Made by a program: the position numbers and the translations under genes. Positions 22,464 through 31,303 of a stretch of 64,000 nucleotides of DNA are shown in pieces (position 1 is the first letter of the stretch; each line of letters starts with the position of its first letter). The DNA lies in contig CABZES010000005.1 of the NCBI GenBank assembly GCA_902524805.1, positions 24,121-88,120 of the forward strand, given 5' to 3'. The stretch is from an uncultured SAR86 cluster bacterium (GTDB lineage Bacteria; Pseudomonadota; Gammaproteobacteria; Magnimaribacterales; AG-339-G14). Below the pieces are notes generated by a model. That model saw only the letters and a list, made by a program, of their open reading frames with translations, did no database searches and had not been told where the DNA came from.

Positions 22464-23294
22464 ATGAAATTTGAAGCACCAAAAAACACAGCTCAATTGG
22501 GCGTTGAAATTAGCGATCTTGATTTAACTAATAAATTTACCGAAGAGGAGATAAGCATTATAAGAAAACAATGGTTAGATTATGGAGTAGCTGTATTCCC
22601 AAATCAAAAATTAGCTCATGCAGATTTCGAACAATTTTCGTTATTGTTTGGAAAATTTGGAGACGATCCATATCTGAAATCCCTTGATGAAAGACCAAAT
22701 ATTGTAGAAGTTAAAAGGTCTGCCTGTGAAAAAGCCCCACCTTTTGGCGGCTCTTGGCATTCAGATTGGTCTTTTCAGAAAACTCCTCCTTCAGCAACTT
22801 TATTACATTCCAAAGTCATTCCACCTGTTGGTGGAGATACACTCTTTGCGAATACGCAATTGGCGTATGAAGATCTCGATGAAGACATAAAAAATAAAAT
22901 AAAAGATCTTCAAGTAATACATTCAGCTAGTTTGCCGTACGCAGATGACGGATTTTATGCTACGGAAAAAGAAAATAGAGCTATGGATATTTTGCCGTCT
23001 AAAAAAGCAAAAGCTACTCAGCTTCATCCTTTAGTTAAGACTCATGCTGAAACAAACAAAAAATGTTTATTTATAAATCCTGTCTATACTTTATCAATTA
23101 AAGATTATTCAGACGAAGATTCTTTCTTATTACTTTCTTTCTTATACGAACATATGTCACAAGATAAATATGTTTATCGTCATAAATGGTCTGAAAATAT
23201 GCTTTTGATGTGGGATAACAGAACCGTAGTTCATAAAGCCGATGGCGGTTATGATGGATATGAAAGATTACTTCATCGAATTACAATAAATTAA
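22464..23294 (+). CDS. TauD/TfdA-family Fe(II)/2-oxoglutarate-dependent dioxygenase
   Basis: 276 aa with the HxD iron motif in GGSWHSDWSF, GGDTLFAN, and a distal His in WDNRTVVHKA. Confidence 0.85.
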   Translation: MKFEAPKNTAQLGVEISDLDLTNKFTEEEISIIRKQWLDYGVAVFPNQKLAHADFEQFSLLFGKFGDDPYLKSLDERPNIVEVKRSACEKAPPFGGSWHSDWSFQKTPPSATLLHSKVIPPVGGDTLFANTQLAYEDLDEDIKNKIKDLQVIHSASLPYADDGFYATEKENRAMDILPSKKAKATQLHPLVKTHAETNKKCLFINPVYTLSIKDYSDEDSFLLLSFLYEHMSQDKYVYRHKWSENMLLMWDNRTVVHKADGGYDGYERLLHRITIN

Positions 23295-23728
23295 AGCTCT
23301 GATAAATATTGGTCTAATCTTTCTTTGTTGGTAACAAAAGAGTTTTTCAATTGACCGGCCTTTAATTTGACTTCATCTAAGTTGTTATTGTTGCCTACCT
23401 GAATGACTCCTACCATTGCCATCATCAAATGAGGCGTGCATTGATAAACATAAACACCTTCAGTGTTAAAAGTTACGCTAATGTCTTGGCTCATTGCACC
23501 CATCCAAGTATCACCACCTTCAGGAATCATATTTTTAATAGATTCGGAATTATGAGCCATATCAACAGACTTGAAATGAATAGTGTCTCCTTTGGAAATT
23601 TTCATCACTGGGGGATCAAAAACCATTACTCCACTAGGTCCAGAGTTGAGCATCCTGACTTCATAATCAGAAGCCAAAAGCTGGTTAGTAAAGAAAAGAG
23701 CTAATAAAAGTATTTTTGTTATTTTCAT
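23291..23728 (-). CDS. Pseudoazurin-type blue copper protein (cupredoxin), secreted
   Basis: Signal peptide. Type-1 Cu ligand pattern H...C-T-P-H-x4-M in YQCTPHLMMAMVGVIQVG, with the same C/H/M spacing as pseudoazurins. Confidence 0.8.
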   Translation of the reverse strand: MKITKILLLALFFTNQLLASDYEVRMLNSGPSGVMVFDPPVMKISKGDTIHFKSVDMAHNSESIKNMIPEGGDTWMGAMSQDISVTFNTEGVYVYQCTPHLMMAMVGVIQVGNNNNLDEVKLKAGQLKNSFVTNKERLDQYLSEL

Positions 23729-23868
23729 GCTTTTATTTTAATTATTTGGTTCTTATAAAAATACAATTACTTTTAAAAATTAATTAATGTTCTATTTAAA
23801 TAACTATTGATACAAAAACTTTAGAAAATACATATAATATTGATTGATTTTTTTAATAAGGAGAAAAA

Positions 23869-25047
23869 ATGGGAAATGCATACATAGTTGGAGCAGTAAG
23901 AACTCCAGGTGGAAAAAAAGACGGAAAATTAAAAAATTGGCATCCTTCTGATTTAGGAGCTTTAGTTTTAGATGAATTGGTCGAAAGAACAGGCGCCAAA
24001 GGTGAAATGATCGATGATGTTATTTTTGGCTGTGTTAGTCAATCCGGTGCTCAAGCTGGAAACGTTGCAAGAAATGCAGTTCTTAGCTCAAAACTTCCAG
24101 AATCCGTTCCAGGAACTTCTGTTGATAGACAGTGTGGATCGTCCCAGCAGGCAATTCATTTTGCTGCACAAGCTGTAATGTCTGAAACTCAAGATATTGT
24201 CATCGCTGGGGGTGTTGAGGTCATGAGTCAAGTGCCAATTGGGTCTAATATTATCGATAGTTTTAAAGAAGGGCACGGACAACCTTTTAACGGCAAAGGA
24301 ATGATGGAAAGATATCCAGGCGTTCAGTTTAGTCAATTTTCAGGTGCTGAAATGGTAGCAAAAAAATGGGGTCTTTCTCGCGAAGATTTAGATACTTTTG
24401 CGTTTGCTAGTCACTCAAAAGCTATTGCTGCTACTGAGTCAGGATATTTCGATAGAGAAATTGTGCCAGTTGAGGGCGATTTACCTTCTGGTGAAAAAGA
24501 AATGGTATCGATTGACGAAGGAATTAGATTCGATGCCTCTCTAGAGAGTTTATCTGGTCTAAAGACTTTATCAGACGATGGTGTCATAACAGCTGGTAGT
24601 TCAAGTCAAATTTGTGATGGCGCAGCTGCGATTATGATAGTTAATGATGCTGGTTTAGAGAAATTAGGACTTAAACCAAGAGCAAAAATCATCTCATTAG
24701 CACTTGCAGGCGATGATCCAGTAATTATGCTGACTGGTCCAATTCCAGCATCTAAGACAGTCTTAGAAAAGGCTGATCTTTCGATAAATGATATTGATAT
24801 CTATGAAGTAAACGAAGCGTTTGCTCCTGTTCCATTAGCTTGGGCACACGAACTAAACGCAGATAAAGAAAAACTTAATGTGAATGGTGGGGCTATGGCC
24901 TTAGGACATCCACTTGGCGGCACAGGCGCAAAATTAATGACTACCTTGCTCCATGAGCTTGAAAGAAGAGAAGGAAAGTATGGACTTCAATCTATTTGCG
25001 AAGGCGGGGGAACAGCCAACGCAATGATCATTGAAAGAATGAGTTAA
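23869..25047 (+). CDS. Acetyl-CoA C-acetyl/acyltransferase (thiolase)
   Basis: 392 aa with active-site Cys in VDRQCGSSQQA, NVNGGAMALGHPLGGTG and the C-terminal CEGGG motif. Confidence 0.93.
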   Translation: MGNAYIVGAVRTPGGKKDGKLKNWHPSDLGALVLDELVERTGAKGEMIDDVIFGCVSQSGAQAGNVARNAVLSSKLPESVPGTSVDRQCGSSQQAIHFAAQAVMSETQDIVIAGGVEVMSQVPIGSNIIDSFKEGHGQPFNGKGMMERYPGVQFSQFSGAEMVAKKWGLSREDLDTFAFASHSKAIAATESGYFDREIVPVEGDLPSGEKEMVSIDEGIRFDASLESLSGLKTLSDDGVITAGSSSQICDGAAAIMIVNDAGLEKLGLKPRAKIISLALAGDDPVIMLTGPIPASKTVLEKADLSINDIDIYEVNEAFAPVPLAWAHELNADKEKLNVNGGAMALGHPLGGTGAKLMTTLLHELERREGKYGLQSICEGGGTANAMIIERMS

Positions 25048-25221
25048 ATGGAAAAAAAACATTGGTGGGAAAAAATTCCTGATGGCGGTGTATATGAAGA
25101 TGCTAATTCTGGCATTTTCTTTTTCAAAGAAAACGGAAAATTAAAAACTTCTTATGAATTTCATATTGGTGCGGGCGGAGATCCAGAAGTATTTCGGGCT
25201 TGGAGCATAGCAAAGAGCTGA
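25048..25221 (+). CDS. Small hypothetical protein (57 aa), not in the ORF track
   Basis: Hand translation gives MEKKHWWEKIPDGGVYEDANSGIFFFKENGKLKTSYEFHIGAGGDPEVFRAWSIAKS. The ATG directly abuts the thiolase TAA and the ORF ends 5 nt before tRNA-Ala. Confidence 0.35.
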   Translation: MEKKHWWEKIPDGGVYEDANSGIFFFKENGKLKTSYEFHIGAGGDPEVFRAWSIAKS

Positions 25222-25226
25222 TTTTA

Positions 25227-25299
25227 GGGGCTATAGCTCAGCTGGGAGAGCGCTTGCGTGGCACGCAAGAGGTCCGCGGTTCGATCCCGCGTAGCTCCA
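25227..25299 (+). tRNA. tRNA-Ala (anticodon GGC), CCA not encoded
   Basis: GGGGCTATAGCTCAGCTGGGAGAGCGCTTGCGTGGCACGCAAG... is near-identical in pattern to E. coli tRNA-Ala(GGC), with the G3:U70 identity pair. The 3' end reads ...TCCA-caa. Confidence 0.93.
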
Positions 25300-25395
25300 C
25301 AAAAAAAGTAAATAAATATAGGGGATCGTGTAATGTCTTCAAATCATTATTTTTTTCAATATCCTGAGATATTCATTTCTTCATTCTTTACTCTA

Positions 25396-26016
25396 TTATT
25401 TTAAACTTTTAACGAATTTTTTAACTTTTTTCATGTGCTTATCAAATTCTTTATCGCTCATATTAGGTAAAATAGAAAAAAATCTTAAATATTTAGTTCT
25501 TAAACCACCTAATTGAAATACTGTTTTTTTTAATCTTCTATAAGGAATATTTTTAAAGAATGAAAAATTAAAGTAACTTATCTTTGGACCTCCATATGTA
25601 ATCGAAACAATGCCTAACTTATTTTTCATCGCTCCAGCAACAGGATAGCCATAATTTTTAAAGAATTTACTATTAGGCATTATTGATTTATAGGTGAAGA
25701 ACCAAGTGGGATGTAGTACCCAATCTATCCAATTTTCTATAATCACGTTCATTCTTAAATTATGACAAGCTCCCATTAAAAACATGACATCTGAATTTTC
25801 AAGTCTTTTTCTATACTCCAAAACCAATTTTGGAGGAGGATTAATATCGCTTCTGTAAAATGGTAACTTTTCTTCCTCTTCAAAAAGATTTATTAAATCT
25901 ATTTCGTGACCTAATCTTTTTGCTTCTTTTATAAAAGTATCACGAATGGCAGAATTAAATGAATTTGTCGTATTATAGTGACCAAAAATTAAACAAATTT
26001 TCATATTTTTTCGCAA
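25396..26016 (-). CDS. Flavodoxin-like-fold NAD(P)H (quinone) oxidoreductase family protein
   Basis: The MKICLIFGH... N-terminus (likely start 26004) and NWIDWVL segment resemble the Flavodoxin_2 / NQO-KefF-like family. Confidence 0.65.
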   Translation of the reverse strand: MRKNMKICLIFGHYNTTNSFNSAIRDTFIKEAKRLGHEIDLINLFEEEEKLPFYRSDINPPPKLVLEYRKRLENSDVMFLMGACHNLRMNVIIENWIDWVLHPTWFFTYKSIMPNSKFFKNYGYPVAGAMKNKLGIVSITYGGPKISYFNFSFFKNIPYRRLKKTVFQLGGLRTKYLRFFSILPNMSDKEFDKHMKKVKKFVKSLK

Positions 26017-26121
26017 TAATAAAAATTATAGATTAACTCATTATCCTTTTACTAAGCTAATAACCTTTATTAATCACACAAGACAACTGCACAAAATTTT
26101 TTATATCATTTTCTGAGAGAT

Positions 26122-26538
26122 ATGAAAATACCTAAATTACCGGCTCCATTAGCAACCTTTTTGTTGAGAATACCCTTATCTGTTTTATTTTTTCAACAAG
26201 GTTTAAGTAAATTCCCTGTGAATGAAGCTACAGCAGAGGCATTTGGCTTACCTTTTATAGTGTGGTGGTTTGTTGCCTATGGCGAAGTTGGATCGGCAAT
26301 AGGACTTATTTTAGGAGGAATCGTAGGTATTATTTTTACAAAAGGGTTTATCAGTGAACTTGCAGACCTTTTGACTCGTTTTAGTGGTATTACGATGACG
26401 TGTGTCGTCACAGGCATAATTTGGCTAATGATGCCAAGTAGTCTTCTTGACGTAATTACCAAAGATTACTTGCATGTAAGTTTATATGTTGGGGGGCTTT
26501 ATTTTGCACTTAGAGGGAATTCAAAATATGGTTTTTAG
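26122..26538 (+). CDS. DoxX-family small membrane protein
   Basis: 138 aa with about 4 TM segments and N-terminal LLRIPLSVLFFQQGLSKF, typical of DoxX. Confidence 0.6.
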   Translation: MKIPKLPAPLATFLLRIPLSVLFFQQGLSKFPVNEATAEAFGLPFIVWWFVAYGEVGSAIGLILGGIVGIIFTKGFISELADLLTRFSGITMTCVVTGIIWLMMPSSLLDVITKDYLHVSLYVGGLYFALRGNSKYGF

Positions 26539-26562
26539 AAAAACTATTTTGTTTTACAAGAA

Positions 26563-26979
26563 ATGATACAATTTAAAACAATCTATTTTATTTACGATGC
26601 TGACGGCGGTCTATGGAATGAAATTAAATATTGGATTAATAAAAATCTATTAAATAAAGCAAGCGCGTGTGAGCTATGTGACATTTCTCATAGTAAATTC
26701 TTTGTGAGATTAGAATGGTTAACATTTATTAAGGAATTAAAGGATCATTACAAAGTTAAAGTACTGCACCGCAATGAACTCTCACAAAACATTCGAGACA
26801 AAAATTATCATCTCCCATGTGTAATAGGTGAGACAGAGAATGAGTTAATTGAAATCCTTAGTAAAATTGCATTCATAGATTATGGGAATCCGACAAGCGT
26901 CAAAGAATTAAAAGAGCAATTCTTCCAAAAGCTAGCAATCCTTGAACCCAATTCTGAATTTGATAAGGTACAAGAGTGA
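26563..26979 (+). CDS. Hypothetical protein (possible thioredoxin-like fold)
   Basis: 138-aa ORF with a CELC pair and later LPCVIG. I recognise no family. Confidence 0.55.
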   Translation: MIQFKTIYFIYDADGGLWNEIKYWINKNLLNKASACELCDISHSKFFVRLEWLTFIKELKDHYKVKVLHRNELSQNIRDKNYHLPCVIGETENELIEILSKIAFIDYGNPTSVKELKEQFFQKLAILEPNSEFDKVQE

Positions 26980-27545
26980 AAAGGTTTGATGTTTTTGTTC
27001 TTGTTTTGTTTTTAGTTTTTAATATAAATATCATGGCAACGGAAGAATCTAAGTACGAAGTAGTATCTAAAGCAGAAAATTATGAAATAAGATATTACGA
27101 AGAAAGGTTGGTAATTCAAACTGATTCAGGAACTCAAAATAATGCTTTCAGAAAACTTTTTAAATACATATCTGGTTCAAATAATGAATCAAAAAAGATT
27201 GCAATGACTGTTCCTGTGACTCAGGTTAAAGACAAAAAGGGTGATTTTATGCAATTTTATTTACCAGAAAAATTTACGAAATCTAACACTCCTTTACCTG
27301 AAGACAATTCTATTAAAGTGACTTCAATAGAAGCGGGGCATTATGCTGTTTTAAGATTTTCAGGGAGAGCTAATGAACAGAATTTTAATAAACATTCAAA
27401 AATTCTTAAAAATCATTTAAGTAAAGATAATATTTCTATTATAAGTTCGCCAATAAAAGCAACATATAACAGTCCCTTCATTCTTCCTGTGTTTAGAAGA
27501 AACGAAAGCATGTTTCTTGTTGAGTGGAACCAGATAGTTAACTAA
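26976..27545 (+). CDS. SOUL/HEBP-family heme-binding-like protein, secreted
   Basis: GTG start overlapping the upstream TGA. Signal peptide. YEVVSKAENYEIRYYEE and KIAMTVPV match the SOUL family pattern. Confidence 0.75.
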   Translation: MKRFDVFVLVLFLVFNINIMATEESKYEVVSKAENYEIRYYEERLVIQTDSGTQNNAFRKLFKYISGSNNESKKIAMTVPVTQVKDKKGDFMQFYLPEKFTKSNTPLPEDNSIKVTSIEAGHYAVLRFSGRANEQNFNKHSKILKNHLSKDNISIISSPIKATYNSPFILPVFRRNESMFLVEWNQIVN

Positions 27546-27568
27546 CCATCGAATCAATATTAAATATC

Positions 27569-27871
27569 TTAGATCTCTAAGCTTGATCCACATCTAATCA
27601 TTTTTAGAGCCTTTGAACCACCATCAAGCAATGGTTCCATGATATCTGCCAATCCAGTTTCTGCTCGCCATGCTGCATATTTTTCGTGATCATCTAAAGA
27701 TTCCCAATCTTCTATTAAAAAGATAGTGTTTGAAGATGTTTCTTCAAAAGTCTCTACGGAAATACATCCTTCAAAAGCTCTTGTATCAACCAAGGCTACT
27801 TCTAAAGTATTTTTTAATTCTTCAAATTTTTCTTCCTTAGCTGGAAAAATAACAATAACTAAATTTTTCAT
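27569..27871 (-). CDS. ABM-domain (antibiotic-biosynthesis-monooxygenase-like) protein
   Basis: 100 aa with a ferredoxin-like pattern ...TRAFEGCISVETFEE...IFLIEDWES...AWR. Confidence 0.65.
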   Translation of the reverse strand: MKNLVIVIFPAKEEKFEELKNTLEVALVDTRAFEGCISVETFEETSSNTIFLIEDWESLDDHEKYAAWRAETGLADIMEPLLDGGSKALKMIRCGSSLEI

Positions 27872-27945
27872 AATTTATATTATTTATATATTAATATTTA
27901 CACTTTATTTAAACATTAAAAAAGAAATATATTAAGGAGATAAAA

Positions 27946-28374
27946 ATAAAAAAACTAACTACCATCTTAATCACCTTATTCATCTCTGGAGGCTTATGGG
28001 CACAGAATCCTGAAGAAGCTATTCATAAATTCTTTGAGTTATTTAATAGCGCGGATAAAGCGACACTCAACGAAGTTTCAGACTCTCCTTTCATTTTTCT
28101 TATTGGAAACAATAAAACTGTTTCAGAAAATTATGGCGACTCAGTAGACTTCGAAGGTCTGAGAAAACAAGGATGGGCATATTCAAAAATAAATGAATCC
28201 GAATTGATATATGCTGATGCAATATCAGCGATGGTAGATATAAATTTTTCGAGAATTAGTCAGGATAAAGATGTTCTCTCAACAACTAATGCTACTTATC
28301 TGTTAGTAAAAAAGAAAGGTAAGTGGCTATTAAAAGGAGCATTCATAAACTCTAATCTCTCCCTTGGCAAATGA
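27946..28374 (+). CDS. Secreted NTF2/SnoaL-like protein with a non-canonical (ATA) start, or a start-codon pseudogene
   Basis: Hand-translated 142-codon stop-free frame, absent from the ORF track. AAGGAG lies 6 nt before ATA, giving (M)KKLTTILITLFISGGLWAQ, a signal peptide. The frame has no ATG/GTG/TTG upstream of codon ~86. Confidence 0.5.
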   Translation: MKKLTTILITLFISGGLWAQNPEEAIHKFFELFNSADKATLNEVSDSPFIFLIGNNKTVSENYGDSVDFEGLRKQGWAYSKINESELIYADAISAMVDINFSRISQDKDVLSTTNATYLLVKKKGKWLLKGAFINSNLSLGK

Positions 28375-28378
28375 AATT

Positions 28379-29416
28379 ATGATTTATGTATATTTGATTA
28401 GATTATTATTAAACCTACCTGGTGTTTTTTTAATTTGGCTTTCTGGTAGCAGGCAAAAAACTACAAAAGGAAATAGAAAACTAGATCCAGGGTTTCAATT
28501 TCTTTTAAACCATATGGGAGAGGTCGATCCCTCTAAAATTGATCTATCAATGTCGTCTTCTGATATTAGAAAAATCATTTCTAATGCTCAAGATGACATT
28601 AAATCATTAGAAAAGCCTCTTGCTAAAGGAGTGAGTTATAAAGATCATCAGGTAAAAGGAGAAGGCGGATCGATTCGGGTCAGAGAATATTCTTTGAAAG
28701 GACTTAGTAATATTGCACCAGCCTTGATTTATTTTCATGGAGGAGGCTGGGTCCTAATGAATATAGAGAGCCATCATGCTTTTACTGGGTTTCTATCTAA
28801 GACGCTTGAGACAAAAGTTTTTTCAGTTGATTATAGATTAGCACCTGAAAATCCTTATCCTGCTGCTTTAAATGATTTTGATGCAGTCTTTGACTGGTTA
28901 GAGCTTAATCATGCCGAATTAGGGATTGATCCCCGAAGAATATCAGTTGGTGGAGATAGCGCTGGGGGAAACTTATCTGCTTGTATTTCAATTAGAAGAC
29001 AAGCAGAAAGTAAAAACCTGCCAAAAGCACAATTATTAATATATCCAGTTACAGATCTCACTTTCTCCTCAGGTTCTATAGAAGAACTTGCTGAAGGTTT
29101 TTTCTTAACCAAAGAAGTAATGTATTGGTTTAGAGATAAATATCTTGAAGCTGGAGAATCAATTAAAGATCCATTAATTTCGCCTTTGTTTGCAAAAGAT
29201 TTATCTCATCAACCTCCTGCTGTAGTTGTAACAGCTGGATTTGATGTTTTAAGGGACGAGGGAGAAGCTTATGCCAAGTTACTTAAAAATTTTGATGTAG
29301 AGACTTATTATCACGAATACCAAGGTTACATTCATGGCTTTGTTAATATGGAAATGGTCAAAGGAGTTAATGACTCAATTATTAAGTTTTGTAACGACTT
29401 TAAAAAAATTAATTAG
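28379..29416 (+). CDS. Alpha/beta-hydrolase esterase/lipase, hormone-sensitive-lipase (family IV) type
   Basis: HGGGW oxyanion motif, GDSAGG nucleophile elbow and a C-terminal HGF. ORF track gives a TTG at 28364; the ATG at 28379 avoids overlap with the upstream ORF. Confidence 0.85.
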   Translation: MIYVYLIRLLLNLPGVFLIWLSGSRQKTTKGNRKLDPGFQFLLNHMGEVDPSKIDLSMSSSDIRKIISNAQDDIKSLEKPLAKGVSYKDHQVKGEGGSIRVREYSLKGLSNIAPALIYFHGGGWVLMNIESHHAFTGFLSKTLETKVFSVDYRLAPENPYPAALNDFDAVFDWLELNHAELGIDPRRISVGGDSAGGNLSACISIRRQAESKNLPKAQLLIYPVTDLTFSSGSIEELAEGFFLTKEVMYWFRDKYLEAGESIKDPLISPLFAKDLSHQPPAVVVTAGFDVLRDEGEAYAKLLKNFDVETYYHEYQGYIHGFVNMEMVKGVNDSIIKFCNDFKKIN

Positions 29417-30351
29417 TTTTCAGATAAAGAAGTAAAAACTCTATCATTCAGAAGTTCCGGTCCAACCGGAAAATACTCAAAGGCAGGATTTATTTCTTGA
29501 ACTTCTGCAAGCGTTTTACCCTCAGATATAAACGCTTCAATTTTATTTCTTACTTGAACTAGGCCATTGAGATAAGTCTTTATGATGGATTTGTTGGCAA
29601 TGTCGCCATGACCGGGAACTACTATGGTATTTTCATCAATTATATTTAAAACTTTTTCTAAGCTGTATATCATTCCATCGATAGAGCCTCCATTATCAAC
29701 GTCGATAAATGGAGCTACTTCTAAGTTTCCTACATCACCCAAATGAATAACATTTGCATTCGGGAAATGAATAATACTGTCACCCGTAGTATGAGCTGGA
29801 CCAAAATGAAGAACATCGATCATATGATCATTAATATTTAGTGAAAGTTTTTCTTTGTATAAAATATTAGGAATAGCTTCTTCTTCATAGGGTTGTTGAG
29901 GCCAGCCAATAGCAACTAAATTTATATAAGTTCCTTTTTTAAAAAAATCTAAAGTATTTTCATGAGCATAGATATCAGCACCCATAGGCCCATAAGCTCT
30001 GTTGCCTTCTGCATGATCAAAATGAAAGTGAGTATTAATTACAAAATCTACTTTTTCACCGCCTAATTCGTTTATCTTTTCTAAGATAACGCTCGAACTA
30101 TCCGGAAATTGACTATCAACAATCAAGGTTCCATCTTTGCCAATTGATACCAAAATATTTCCCCCATATCCAAAAATTACATGCAAATTATCTTTCAAAG
30201 AGGTAGCTTTAATAAACGAAGGTTCAAATCCTGCCCAACCTAAAGATTCTAAAAACAAGTTTTGTTCTTCTGTATATGAATATTTTTTATTAGAAACGTT
30301 TTCAGAACATGAGACTATAAAAAAACTAAAGATGAGAAGAAAAATTTTCAT
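29413..30351 (-). CDS. MBL-fold metallo-hydrolase, probable lipoprotein
   Basis: Lipobox FFIVSC. HFHFDH metal motif plus downstream HTTGD and PGHG. Confidence 0.8.
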   Translation of the reverse strand: MKIFLLIFSFFIVSCSENVSNKKYSYTEEQNLFLESLGWAGFEPSFIKATSLKDNLHVIFGYGGNILVSIGKDGTLIVDSQFPDSSSVILEKINELGGEKVDFVINTHFHFDHAEGNRAYGPMGADIYAHENTLDFFKKGTYINLVAIGWPQQPYEEEAIPNILYKEKLSLNINDHMIDVLHFGPAHTTGDSIIHFPNANVIHLGDVGNLEVAPFIDVDNGGSIDGMIYSLEKVLNIIDENTIVVPGHGDIANKSIIKTYLNGLVQVRNKIEAFISEGKTLAEVQEINPAFEYFPVGPELLNDRVFTSLSEN

Positions 30352-30412
30352 TACTGTGAAATTGTTATAATTGATTTTAGATAATTTTCAACAAAAAAAC
30401 AGGAGAAATTGA

Positions 30413-30727
30413 ATGAATCTATTTGAAAACGTAAAAGTAGATAAGAAAGCTAATGTTTATTTTGAGGGTAAGGTAATTAGTAGAAATATCTTTTTCAAAA
30501 ATGGATCAAAAAAAACATTAGGAGTAATGTTGCCCGGAAACTATGAGTTTGACACCGAACAAAAAGAAATCATGGAAATTATTTCTGGCAAATTAAAAGT
30601 TTTATTACCCGACCATGATGAATGGCAAACAATAGAAGGTGGAACGTCGTTTGAAGTTTCTTCGAATTCTAGTTTCAAAATAGAAATATCATCATTAGTT
30701 GATTACTGCTGTTCTTATTTAGACTAG
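30413..30727 (+). CDS. ppnP: Pyrimidine/purine nucleoside phosphorylase PpnP (YaiE/UPF0345)
   Basis: 104 aa. Aligns by eye along its length with E. coli PpnP (YFEGKV...GVM.PG.Y.F.T...E.M.IISG.L.VLLPD...W). Confidence 0.85.
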   Translation: MNLFENVKVDKKANVYFEGKVISRNIFFKNGSKKTLGVMLPGNYEFDTEQKEIMEIISGKLKVLLPDHDEWQTIEGGTSFEVSSNSSFKIEISSLVDYCCSYLD

Positions 30728-30739
30728 AGAATTAAAAAT

Positions 30740-31303
30740 ATGAAAAATATATTTACAGACAATAAAACCTATTATGGTTTTAAAGACAAAGAAGTTTCAA
30801 ATGAAACGCTTAGTGAACTTTATGAAATGGTTAAAAATAATGCTACTTCATTTAATTGCCAGCCTCTTAGAGTAGTTTTTATCAAGTCAAAAGAGGCGAA
30901 GAAAAGATTAGACCCCTTTATTCTAGAAAATAATAAAGAAAAGACTATGAAAGCACCGATTACAGCAATTTTAGCTATGGACTTGTCCTTCTATGAAGAC
31001 CTTCCAAAAAACTTTCCAGCAATGGATGTAAGTTTTTTATTTAAAGACAATCCAGATTTTACTTATCAGACTGCCTTTCGAAATTCATCTTTACAGGGCG
31101 GTTATTTTATTAAAGCGGCTCATGTTCTTGGTTTAGGAACTGGGCCAATGAGCGGTTTTGACAATAATGGCTTGGATGATGAATTTTTTAAAGGAAAAAA
31201 TTGGAAAAGTAATTTTTTATGTAATTTAGGTTATGGAGATGAAAATCAAACTAGAGATAGGGCTCCCAGATATGAATTTAGTGAAATTATTGAAATTTTA
31301 TGA
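30740..31303 (+). CDS. Nitroreductase-family NAD(P)H oxidoreductase, RutE-like (malonic semialdehyde reductase family)
   Basis: 187 aa. FTD..T..GF....VS.ETL.ELY...K...TS.NC.P.R.VFI.S.E.K.RL and GPMSGFD, NLGYGD match E. coli RutE by eye. Confidence 0.82.
   Translation: MKNIFTDNKTYYGFKDKEVSNETLSELYEMVKNNATSFNCQPLRVVFIKSKEAKKRLDPFILENNKEKTMKAPITAILAMDLSFYEDLPKNFPAMDVSFLFKDNPDFTYQTAFRNSSLQGGYFIKAAHVLGLGTGPMSGFDNNGLDDEFFKGKNWKSNFLCNLGYGDENQTRDRAPRYEFSEIIEIL

Noticed and set aside
25300-25395. Possible genomic-island integration site at tRNA-Ala (integrase or att repeat)
   Set aside because: There is no integrase or recombinase ORF anywhere in the window. The only downstream match to the tRNA 3' end that I found was an 8-nt TCGATCCC near 28525, which is not significant.
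29413-30351. MBL-fold lipoprotein as a beta-lactamase resistance gene
   Set aside because: Only the generic HxHxDH metal motif is present, with nothing specific to class B beta-lactamases. A generic metallo-hydrolase call is safer.
11439-30370. Short ORFs nested in or antisense to called genes: 11439, 12624, 14473, 16157, 16501, 17309, 20559, 20602, 21424, 21699, 22290, 23429, 24088, 26277, 27726, 28909, 30137
   Set aside because: All lie within or antisense to longer ORFs that have clear family signatures. Their translations are low-complexity and they have no independent support.
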